Below, one piece after another: positions 1-11,100 of a DNA stretch of 64,000 nucleotides. The position numbers and the translations under genes were made by a program. Each line of letters starts with the position of its first letter. Position 1 is the stretch's first letter. Origin of the DNA: Nemertoderma westbladi. Lineage: Eukaryota > Animalia > Xenacoelomorpha. The notes beneath the pieces were generated by a model. That model made no database searches. It was given only the letters and a program-made list of their open reading frames with translations, and had not been told where the DNA came from. Location of the stretch: the NCBI GenBank assembly GCA_032718475.1, contig JAUCBJ010006632.1, positions 1 to 64,000 on the forward strand. The letters are read 5' to 3'.

Positions 1-49
1 TTGTACCAACAATGGTAATAATGGGATTTAATTTAATTTCTCGCCACAT

Positions 50-461
50 TCGTAATGTGGTTGTTCCCTCGCCTCATTCGTGATGTCTGGTTGTTCCCAC
101 GCGACGTCTGGTTGTTCCCTCGATACGTACGGGATGTCTGGTTGTTCCCTCGATACGTACGGGATGTCTGGTTGTTCCCACGCGATGTCTGGTTGTTCCC
201 TCGATACGTACGGGATGTCTGGTTGTTCCCACGCGATGTCTGGTTGTTCCCACGCGATGTCTGGTTGTTCCCTCGATACGTACGGGATGTCTGGTTGTTC
301 CCTCGATAAGTACGGGATGTCTGGTTGTTCCCACGCGATGTCTGGTTGTTCCCACGCGATGTCTGGTTGTTCCCTCGATACGTACGGGATGTCTGGTTGT
401 TCCCACGCGACGTCTGGTTGTTCCCTCGACACGTACGGGACGTCTAGTTGTTCCCTCGCCA
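50..461. repeat. Compound minisatellite of interspersed 21-bp and 30-bp units
   Basis: Units GATGTCTGGTTGTTCCCACGC and GATGTCTGGTTGTTCCCTCGATACGTACGG share a 17-bp core. Both lengths are multiples of 3, which explains the repetitive ORFs on both strands. Confidence 0.95.
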
Positions 462-1165
462 TGTCAAATCACACACAGGTTTATTTGTTTGGAATATCTC
501 TTGGGTTACTTTGGTGAACATTGATTGTTTTTCAGGTATTGAGGTTAATAAAGATTGCGTCAGTATCGTTTGTTTTATGTAGATGAGGAATTTCTCTTTG
601 AATCTAATTAGTTCAGAGAGTTCTACTGATATAAACGTTTAATAATTTATTGCGTTTAGAAAGGTGTTTAGTAAAAGATCAATGACTCTTTATTTTATTG
701 TTGTACACACACAATGTGTTTGTAATTGTGGTCTGATGGCATTTCTAAGTATCGTGACGTATTATGTCGTGTTGTCGTGTTTTTTCTGTGGATATAATTT
801 TTCATTTTTTGGAATATCCCCAGCTATCTATCTCTATATTGATTATTGGTAATGTGCTGATTTATTTTAATGCATAATAATTGATTAAGATATGTTTAGG
901 AGATTAATTTAAATCGCAATTAAGAACAAATGTTATACGTATTTCAAGTAACCAAGTAACGATTGCCCGAAAATTGAATTCACTTCATTAGCGTTTATAT
1001 TTTTTCTTCTAACTGATATACGTCATGACTATCTCTATTTTATATATATATATATATTATGATGGTTGAACAAACATATAGAGCGTGCATTTTTTCTTGA
1101 GTTATTATTTAGGGAAATATTTATTAGTCCGAGTGCATTATAGCCTAAATAACAACTGGGAGCGG

Positions 1166-1918
1166 TATAAATGCCCGTATCCCTTATACTGTATACCAAA
1201 TTTGTTTACATTGTTGGCCTTGTTAATTTCCTTTATATTACGCCACCTAGCGAGGTATGGCAATACTGCTTTTACCGAATGTATATATAGTGCAATTTAA
1301 ATCATAAATATCAGACTCGGTATTATTTTACATACCCCACGTTGGGTTGCTAATAGGCCATACTTTTCAGCACTACACTACAACACTACACTACACTACA
1401 CTACCGGTACACTTACGCTCATTCGCACTCACGTTTCTGTTATTCTACTATTCTGTTTGATATTGTTATTATTATTGCTTTGATTGTTATACAATAAACT
1501 AACTGCTGAACTGGTTCAACCATCAGAAGAAGGGTTTTCCTCGATGTTATCCCTCAGTTAGCTTACAGAGTACTAGAGTAGCAGACTGCCGCTACTGGCT
1601 GACTGGAGAAAGCCACTGCAACGCCGCAATACTTCAGGTCGGTATCATATTTGCCAGCTGGTTACTGCCATTGACTGGCCCGAACTCCGGCATTCAACGC
1701 ACTGAGTGTGAGTGTCTCCCCCAAGTAACCTTATTGCAGTTGTGCTGTCCGTCCGCATTAGGCCTATACAAATCAGTTAAGCCTAATCGTCGTCGATGTT
1801 AATACCCTTCAGCCCTTTGCTTTGTGTGAGCGTGTGTCTGTGTGTAACAGTGTGGTAATGTGCCTGCGAATCCGCTAAACAACCCACGTAGGGCGCTAGA
1901 ATCTCTCTAGCACCAACA
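1166..1918 (+). mobile_element. Probable 3' LTR of an LTR retrotransposon
   Basis: Preceded by GGGAGCGG (1158-1165), matching the polypurine tract before the 3' LTRs of B and C. Contains AATAAA (~1493) and ends CCAACA at 1918, where the Gypsy protease frame stops. Alternative start TGTTGG at 1212. No partner LTR or TSD seen. Confidence 0.45.
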
Positions 1919-3161
1919 TTGGTTGTTCACCTCCAAACTGTATTTCAACAGCATGATGTTGTTTTAAGAAATCTTTTCCAAGTATCACATCCTCACATAA
2001 GTTTGGAAGAACGAGTAGGCAGACTTACTTGTAATGCCTGTTTGATAAAGAAATATCTTCTATACAACAGCCAGTAATCGAAGATGTGGATGAGTCAGCC
2101 ATCTTTACTGTACCAGTTGAAGGGAAGACGGTTAAGTTTTGGTTTCGGACTAATTTTTCGCCAATATAGCTATATACACTTCCAGTATCTATCAAACCAT
2201 TAAATTGTTTGTCTTTTATTAGAACTGATATCACAGTTTTATCAGGCCTATGACAAATCTGCTTAGTACCAGTAGTGGCTAGATATCCAAGATTATTAGT
2301 ACTAGTAGATACGGCCGCATCAAACATCGCAGCTGTTGTTGACGACGAGGAAAATTTTGCGCTCTGACAAACTTTAGCAAAATGGCCTCGTTTTCCACAC
2401 TTACTACAGGTTACCTCGCGAGCTGGACAGTTTATCCGTGAATGTCGATTGTTGCCACAGAAGAAACATTTCTGATTTGAAACAGGAGTGCTCATGTTTG
2501 TTGTAGACTTCGGTCGCGTTGTGTTTGAACTGGAGTTATTCTGATTAGTACCGGTAGTAGCAGCTACTAAAGATTCTGTACCGGTTGTCAATACTGCTAC
2601 CGGTGTTTGATTTGGGTTCAGAGAATCACCTTGCTCGTATTGTGCACTGTTCTTCTGAGCATTGTCTAGGGTGCGCGCCTGATTATAGGCGGAATCGAGA
2701 TCGAGCTTCTCATTTTCAAGTAACCGTTGGCGAATAGTAGGCGATGAAAGCCCTGCAATGAAAGCATCCCGCACAGATTCTTCTTTGTGCTGCTCAGCCG
2801 TCACGGCCCTATAATCGCAGTCTTTACTTAACGTTCGCAAGTTCTGAAGGAATTCATCGAGTGATTGGGATGATAGTTGTTTGTGGGTGTTTAGTTTGTG
2901 CCTCGCATAAACTTCATTCTTAGGTTTTACGAATATTTTCTCCAGTTTGTTGATTGCGGTTTCAAATGTTGTACATTCTGATACATACTCAAAGACAGAA
3001 GGTGTCAAATAGTTAATAAGCGTGTTCAGCTTGTTTGGTTGCAATAGCTCGACTGCCTGTATGAAGTTGTCGAAGGTGCGACGCCAATGTAGCCATTCTT
3101 TAGCCGCGTTTGGTGTATTTGGGTTTCCGTCAAACCTCTCTGGTTTTAGGAACTTCTCCAT
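1919..3161 (-). pseudogene. Gypsy/Ty3 gag-protease, truncated
   Basis: ORF 2025..3161 has gag, two CCHC knuckles (CFFCGNNRHSRINC, CSKCGKRGHFAKVC) and protease LIDTGS. The frame continues past a stop as VCLLVLPNLCEDVILGKDFL..FGGEQP until 1919. Confidence 0.85.
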
Positions 3162-3224
3162 TGAATATCTTAATGCAGTTTTATAAGGCTTTATTCCATA
3201 TTCAATTTTAGTTTATTAAATTGA

Positions 3225-3353
3225 TGTAATAATACCGGTTACCTTTCTGTAGGTTTTAATAAACTAAAAAAACAAAGACTGACTGATCAGATTACCGGTA
3301 GTAAACACCAGTAGCCTGAACCTAGGCCTAGCACATAATATCAATATATGACA
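3225..3353 (-). mobile_element. Short (129 bp) 5' LTR of the Gypsy element
   Basis: TGT...ACA termini, ~60 bp upstream of the gag ATG. Its outer edge abuts the Copia RNase H frame at 3354. Confidence 0.7.
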
Positions 3354-3756
3354 AGCTGTTATTGGGTGGAAGTCATATAGACTAAAGCGCGTCACTAGAA
3401 GTGCTCTTGCTGCAGAGGCTATATCTATGGTCGATGCTGTTGACGAGGCAGTCTATCTCAGGAGTTTGATATCGGAATTTAATCCTGCAACTTCTAAGAG
3501 AACTAGCATAAAACTAATTACTGATAATCGGTGTCTCTTCAATTGTATTAACAATGGATCCCTTTGTTCTGAGAAGAGATTACAACTAGACCTAGACTGT
3601 GTTAGGGAAGTGATAAACGAAGAAAGGCAATTTGGAAATGATCGACCCATCGAGTGGGTATCAACTGTTGACATGTTGGCAGATCCTTTGACAAATGAGA
3701 AGACGGGGAATGTTATGATTAACTCATTGAATAAGATATTCAATAAAAGACAATAA
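3354..3756 (+). pseudogene. Ty1/Copia RNase H fragment (GalEa-like)
   Basis: AVIGWKSYRLKRVTRSALAAEAISMVDAVD...LITDN...SEKRLQLD...WVSTVDMLADPLT matches Copia RNase H motifs (W.S, S..AE, TDN, LAD.LT). Confidence 0.85.
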
Positions 3757-3989
3757 ACTCTGAACTGAGACTAGATAGACTAATTAATAATTAGATAGAT
3801 TCACTTTATTGATTTATATTGTATACGACCTACTATACTTAAATGTATCAGTTGTTTGCAGCTGTTAGGCATTCAGCTGTAACAGGGATGTATTAGTATT
3901 TTCTGTTACTGTCTCTGCTTTACGTTTTTCATAGATATTATCTTATTATATTACCTTTCGTATTATACATTGATTTAATTCTTAACAAA

Positions 3990-4800
3990 GGGGTCATTAG
4001 TAGCAGAATTAGGATTGAGTTGGAGAATACGGTATTCTACTTCTACTGGTGTTGTTTCTGTAATTACGAAAGACTTCGGATTGGAGTGATGTACAAAACG
4101 TGTTGTGGAGCGGGTAGAACGGGGGATTTCATTGGCTAGGTTGGGTCCTATAATAGAAAAGTGGTCATTAAATTTTGAGGCTATTTCAGCTGGGTCGGTA
4201 ATGGTGGTCTTAATCGAATCGCCGCAGTGTAAATTGTAATCTGTTTTGGAATGGAGTGTTTGTTTGATTTATTTAGTGCACTATTAATAATCATCCATGT
4301 TTTTCTCGAATGTTCCCTGAGTTATCTTAAAATTTTTTGCGTAGTAGTTATTTTCAGCTGTTCGTAGAAGGGATGTCAGTTTATTTCTAAATCTTTTGAA
4401 GGACCTCAAGTTTTCGTCAGATGAATTTTTGATATGAATGGGAGAATGTTTTAGGCTCGTTAAGCCAAGGAATGCATGTTCACCACCATGGGTGATCTTC
4501 CACAGTAATCCCTTCCACTCTGTTTCCCAAGTTGCCTTGGTTCCCATTTATCGACCACTAAAGCATGAAAGCCGGGGTTGGGCTAGGCTGCAGCATTTAA
4601 AGCACTGTGCCCATTGAATTTTTGATATAAATGCGGTATAAATTATTTTTGATAATGGTTAATTTGATTAATTTATTTGTTATCCATGGGTTTTTTTGCA
4701 AGTGTTGGTGGAGAAAACGTTTTTTTGGGAACATGGGTATCGCATATTTTAATAAAATTACTTTAAAATTCATCAAATTTTTTCCGGGCTGGTACTGACG
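3990..4800 (-). pseudogene. Non-LTR retrotransposon (CR1/L2-like) ORF2 fragment, endonuclease-RT linker
   Basis: Minus-strand pieces KNPWITNKLIKLTIIKNNLY, FKRFRNKLTSLLRTAENNYY and IASKFNDHFSIIGPNLA are typical of LINE ORF2. Frameshifted. Confidence 0.75.
4436..4614 (-). mobile_element. Short retroposed insertion (5'-truncated SINE-like) with 14-bp TSD
   Basis: TGAATTTTTGATAT duplicated at 4422-4435 and 4615-4628. Minus strand has CGGCTTTCATGCTTTAGTGGTCGATAAATGGGAACC, resembling a conserved central domain of metazoan tRNA-SINEs (from memory). Confidence 0.65.
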
Positions 4801-4806
4801 ATGAGC

Positions 4807-5907
4807 TGTAAAAGCTTTTGCGGACATAACAAGCCATTTTTCTCCGCAATATACTGTGTAGGTGTTTTAGCGGACATAACAAGCCATTTTTACCCGCTGT
4901 GTCTGCATGTGTGCTTTAGCGGACATAACAAGCCATTTTTACCGCAATGCGCTTAATACTCTAAGACTGGAACTCAGATGACGACATCTACCAGCTGATT
5001 TACTGTACACGTGGAACCTGTCTTTGTTTTGCTTCAGCCAATCAGAGCGATTTTCACTTTGCGTTGAAAGGGGCCTACAGAAACCCACGCAATTCAGTGT
5101 TGGTTGTTGTTATATTTTTTCTAAGCCCAGAACACCGGCTTAGGATTCTTCTGTGCTTCTGTAGAAGTTTCAGACTTTGGCCAGAACATTAGATGGCTTG
5201 GATTATCGAAACGTAAAACTATTACCCCACCTACCTAACTGCACTACTGCATTCACCGCATTATTTTACTTTCTGTTATTAATTGTTATATATGTTGATG
5301 GATATATTGTTATATTTGGAGAATACCGATAAAGAATCCTAAAACCCCAATCTTCTTGATTACTGAAGGTGAGAGGACAGGTTACCGGTAGTAATTGCGA
5401 CTTACATTATAGTGGTTTTTGTGTGAATTAAATGCTATTTCATAATCCCTACATGTGTCAGTTGCTATCCTCCTTATATATGATCAAATTCAGTGACGGT
5501 CGGCAGATCAGTGTGAAGTTGTATGAGGTAGAGTGATTGGTAATAAAGCATCTCCTAAAGAATGTGCCTTTTACGAAACTCAGTAGCTATCTAGTTGTGA
5601 TTAGTATAAGTCATAACTCTGTTTTTATACTTAAAGCGCCACGTCCAAAAGGAACTGTTAATATTTCCCCGAAAGTAAATATATTGTTAGAGATTATATA
5701 GTAACGATCAATCGAATAATACAGTAGGTCTACAACGCAATAATAAGTCCAAGCTCCCGAATCCAGTCTCCCTTAACAGTGGGTGAATGGTCGCGCATAG
5801 ACTGGCTTCGGCTAATGTTATTTCAGTGTAATAAATAATTGTTATCGGCTAAAGTCGATTTATTAAATTAGTTTGGTTAATCTGCTAAAGGTCTAAAAGC
5901 GCAAACA
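4807..5907 (+). mobile_element. 5' LTR of element A (1101 bp)
   Basis: Starts TGTAAAAGCTTTTG like LTR B and ends GGTCTAAAAGCGCAAACA (B: GGTCTGAAAGCGCGAACA). Contains three ~50-bp repeats with GCGGACATAACAAGCCATTTT (4820-4945). Confidence 0.85.
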
Positions 5908-7583
5908 GTAATAGTTTTTTAGTTTCTTTATTGCACAGTAGGCAATAAAGTCGAAGGTACCGGTCGAACGGTAAGCTGTAGGCCTAACTGCCCAACTGCC
6001 CAAACCGGTACTTACAAGTACAACAGTATTATTCGATTTTTGATAATTATATACCGGTAGGTCTTGATATTTAATCAGGGAACTGCCGCCCTGGTTTTTA
6101 TTGGGATTTTACTTATTTCTGTCAGTTTTATTTATCTGTAAGTGAGATATTGAGCAGAAGGCGTGTATGCCCGCTCAGATTGTATAGAGAATTTGTAGGC
6201 TGGATTGTTGTCTGGCTGTTGTTAGGTCTGAAGAGATTGCAGTGTGTGTAGAGTGTATGTCCGATAAAGTACTAGTTAGGAAAGCGGGGGCATCCAGTGC
6301 TATAAGGTAAATCCCCCCGAAAGAATAAGTTGTACTACTCGGTTAGAACGCATACTAACTAACCATTTCGGAGTCTGCATATACTGTAGTTTATTTAGGC
6401 TTGACGGTAGTCTGCCAGCATTAAGTCTGTATTTTGTCTGTATAGTCTGCACGGGTAGCGTAATATTTATTATTCAGAGTTTATGCAAGTATTCGCAACC
6501 TACATAACTCCCCAAGTTCATTCCTACAGTAATTGTGCTTGTTATACATACTGTTATAGTTAAATTAACCCCGGTACTACATCAGGGCTGCTTGGCGTAG
6601 GTAAAGACTGGTGATTTTATGCTCAAGTCACTCCAGCAGATGCCGTGGTTCTTTTAGCTGTTCAAGTATATTTAACTGCTGGTTATTTGTTATATAAGTA
6701 TTTGTACATAATCTAGGGTTTAGAGTACAGTACTTTCCGAAGGTAATTGGTGTGTAGACAGTATATTGGTGTTGTAAAGTGGTTAATTAGGCAAGTTAGC
6801 TCTGGTTGGCTGCGGTAATTAACTTCTAGGTAAGGACACTCCGGGTACATAACGTAGTACTTATAGAGCTGTAGAGCAAAAGACTATAAGTCATCAGACG
6901 GTGGTATTTTCTTATCTGGACAACGCAATTTATTTACTACTGCTTAATTATTTTCAAATACCGTAGTATCCTGTCCGTTTGTAATAACCAGAAATTCTAA
7001 CTCCTTGTAAGACTGGTTTGTATATTCCCTGTAAAATTACCCTAAAATTTGTATGTGTAATTTGTTATTGTTTATTTAGAGATTGTAATCTCACATTGTA
7101 TGTAAGTAATTAGTAGTAATAAGTAACTTAGTAAAGTATAATTATTTGTTTTAGTGTCCAACAGGTAGCACTCCACTGAGAGCGTTCAGCTTCTGTGTAG
7201 TGACTACTCACCAGAAATAATAATATTTATTTCAAATATTGACAAAAACCCTTGTACGGGTACAAATATATTATAAATCAACTCGAACCGATTTATAACA
7301 TAGTAGGCCTGTTATACATCAATTAGGTCTTAATAACAGTTGGGCTACTGCTTAATAACAGTAATAAAGTAAAGTAAGGTAACCTTTAAATTCAGAAATG
7401 CAGTTATTATAAAATAATTGACATTACCGGTATTTAAGGTAGGCTTATTATATATATTTATATAAATTTATGGTGAAATTATATACCGGTATTCTATGAC
7501 TAAACCTAGTTTGTCACAATACTTATATATATGCTATAAGTGTATAAGTATATAAGGTTACTGCTCATCCACTATACAGTTGC

Positions 7584-7883
7584 TTGAAACCCGTCATCCC
7601 AGACTTTAAACGTGTCCATTTCACCAGACTCCGTCTCATGTCACATAGACTCCGAGTGGAAACTGGTCGATGGACTCGTGTTGCTCCTGAGTTACGTGTT
7701 TGCTATTGTGATAATACCTCTGTACAAAATGAACACCACGTACTATTAAAATGCCCGATATCTGAACACATTAGAATTAAGTTTGTACAGTTAGATTTCA
7801 CCGATTTATCTTCATTATTTTCTACCGATTTACTAGTTGATCTGTGCAGTTATGTCTCTGAAGTCCTATGTCTTTATTATTGA
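7584..7883 (+). pseudogene. 3'-end fragment of LINE ORF2 inserted in the leader of element A
   Basis: TRLRLMSHRLRVETGRW...RVCYCD...NEHHVLLKCP is the C-terminal Cys/His motif of non-LTR ORF2. Absent from the homologous leader of B. Possible (ACT)n tail at ~8025-8042. Confidence 0.8.
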
Positions 7884-8163
7884 ATTAATCTAGTGCTAAT
7901 TACTCTAGTTATTGATATTATTTCACGTATTAATTATTGTGCTATATATATATATTATTCAGAAATTGATTTGGAATTGTGCGCCATTATTATGATATTA
8001 TAGGCCGGACGGGCCGCATACCGTCTACTACTACTACTACTATACCGGTATTCTAATATTATATATATATATCGCGTTACATTGAGTAACGGTATCGGTA
8101 ATTGATCACTAGGCTTGCAGTTGATACTGAATTACTAGTAGGCATTCAACTGTACAATCAAAT

Positions 8164-11100
8164 ATGGCTGACACAAAGCAAACTCTGTCAGATAGTCTCC
8201 TAGAAAGAACAGTCTGCGGCTCAGACAGGAGTGCAGAAAATCCGAGACCGAAGTCCAAGTCCACTCCTACTATAAGAAAGGTCATCCCTTCAGTAGTAGT
8301 ATCAGACCCTAGGCTAGTCAAGCACCGTTGGTCTATTATAGGCACTTGGGCTCAAGTCAAGCGGGACCAAGAGGCAGCTGTTAAACAGCAGTACCAGCAG
8401 CGCACGAACCGGAAACTTATTTCTCAGCGGTCCAATAGCTCCAGTAGTTCAGATACTGTAGAGTTGATGCCCGAGATCACAGCGGGATGGCAGAGGCGGT
8501 TAATCCGGATCCACTTCTAATTCTTCCTGGAGCTGTACTTGCTGGAGTGTTGATAGCGGTGGAAGAACATGAAATCGATTGGGCGAGAAGTAAGCGATCG
8601 ACCAAGGACAGTTATGCGGGATACGCAAAGGAGGAACTGAAGTCTATCGTCGAGACGCAATGGAATTTCCCCGGACCCGGACTCCCGTTTAACTTATCTG
8701 AAGCTGCCTGGGAAGACTTATACAGAATGGGAGTAGTGAAGGACACTCGAGATCCAGCTGTGTGGAAGAGGTCGGCAGCAGGATATGTACAGGGATTCTT
8801 CAGCTCTTTGAAGCAATTAGAGGAATACCTGTTTCAACAACCTCACGGACCTCAAGAGCAGGGAGAGCTGCTATATCAAGTTCGAGAACGAATTCTACGG
8901 ATCAGACTAATCCTTTCAGCCTTTGAGAAAGCCTCGAAGAGAAGCCAAGACACGTCGTTGCAAGTCGCCGTAAAGACTCGGTTCCAACGAGTGAGTCTTA
9001 AAGTCCAAGGAACGACACAATGGAAAATTCAGCTAACCGAGCACTCGACCCAAGGAGAATCAACAGACGCTGTCTTTTCTCAAGTGGAAAGCGAAGCTAC
9101 GTCAGAAAGACCTCAGAAGAAGGACGCTATTGACATCTATCTGTCGGACTATCAACGATTCATAGGTGACAAAGAGTTAAGGAGACGGCTAGCTGGACTT
9201 CACCCTAAAAGTGAAGGGGCCAAATTTGTGTTAGACTCATTAGATGCGGAAATGTATGCTGCGGATTGAGCAAAATTTGATGAAAGAATCCGCATTGTTA
9301 AGGTCCAAGAAGAACAGCTAAAGAAAAGGCAGATAGAAGACAGAAAGGCAGCTGCATCGGCAGCGGCAGAAGCTGAAAGAAAAGCATCAGCGGCGGCGGT
9401 AGAAGCAGAAAGAAAAGCTGCAGAAGCTGAAAGAAAAGCGGCAGCGACGGCGGTAGAAGCGGAAAGAAAAGCTGCAGAAATTGAAAGAAAGGCGGCAGAG
9501 GCAGTGGCAGAAGCGGAACGGAGGGCATCTGAAGAGACAGCCCAACTAGAGTTGGAAAATCTTCAAGAGAAGCAAGACTATTTAAATAAACAGATAACAG
9601 CTAGTCATATGCAGATGATAAGTCAATCTACTCCCAAGAGACAGGGATTTACATCTTCAGATGAAGGCGATACAACCGATCCGGAAGGCGTAGGAAATGG
9701 ATCTCGTTCCAGCGGACGTAGAAGAGTGCCACACCGTCAGAAATTGCCTAATTTGCCTCCAGCAGTGAGAAGGCAACTAGCTAGTGTAGATTTAAGTAAT
9801 CCTGCGCCTACAGACCAAATTATTAGGGTAGAAAGATGAGCCTGAAATAATTAGGCCTGTTCTCGAAGCCACCCCCTCTGTGATAGAGACCCCTGTACTT
9901 CCAGAACCTAACTCTAAATTCCCTTTGCACAGTACTAAACTACCTGTGCCCAGTAGAACAGCCCCTGAATTGATCCCGGTCCTGGACGCCGAGCAAGACA
10001 TCAACGATTTGTCGCCCGTCGGCCCTCGTCTACCCGCTACTATGTTGGCGGCTCCCGCTTCGGCGGTAGAGTGGGTGGATGAGCGACGGCGGGGGATGGA
10101 TCTCCTGCTCGGGCAGATGGAGGAAAACCATGCGCGTTCCTCCCAACAGGTCCGAGAGTTGGAAGGGACTGTTCAGAAGTTAAAGGGAACAGGATGAGAG
10201 GGTAGGTTAGAATTGCAAGAAGTGCAGCAGAGTATTGCGTTAGAACGCGATAAGTTAGTAAATATACAAAAGGGTATACTACCATCCCCTGTAACAATGT
10301 GTCAACCTGTTAGGTCTGAAGTATTTCATGCACAAGGTGTGGAGCCTACACGCATCTCTACTGCTAGTGAAGTAGAAACTCCTATAGCAAACCCTATTAA
10401 GGGTAATTATAAACCTGTTGATAATAATATTCCATATAGACCTGATCATAATCCAAGAAATTTATACACCGATAACTCGATATTAAATAATACGATGGCC
10501 CAAGAAAGTTTTATGCGTCAAATGGCTAGAACCGAAGCCCGCCAAGCGGTAAAGGTGGGAGAGATCGTCAAGTTCAATGGAGATGAGATGAAATGGTTAC
10601 CTTTTAATGAATATTACAAAGATAACATACATAACTCTGTACTATCCAACAGAGAGAAACTTAGATTCCTCATCGAGTGCTTGGAAGGACCTCCCAAGTT
10701 AATGGCGTTAAAGTTTATTGGACATCCAGAAGGATTAAGACAAGTTTGGGATACACTAAACATCAGGTATGGTAATAGGACTAAAATAGCTAGGTATTTG
10801 TATGCGAAATTAGTAGCTCCCCGAAAGTTTCTTAGCAGCGGGAATATAGAATGTTCCGATGAGATCCTTCAGATCTGTAGACAGCTAGATTGGCTAGGTA
10901 AGTCCCATGAATATGAGAGTTCCATGGTTGTTGGAGCCGTAGCATCTACTTTGCCGAAGGGTGGAGTAGGCACGCGTTGGGACAAAAAAGTGCTCTATAT
11001 GATGGACCAGCAACAAAGAGACTCTACCATGGCTGATCTCATGTCATTCTTAAATGGAGAGGTAAGATTACAGCTCCTAAAGCAGTCCCGAGAGAAAATA

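Noticed and set aside
50-461. CRISPR-like array
   Set aside because: The intervening sequences are only two repeated short variants, there are no cas genes, and the context is eukaryotic.
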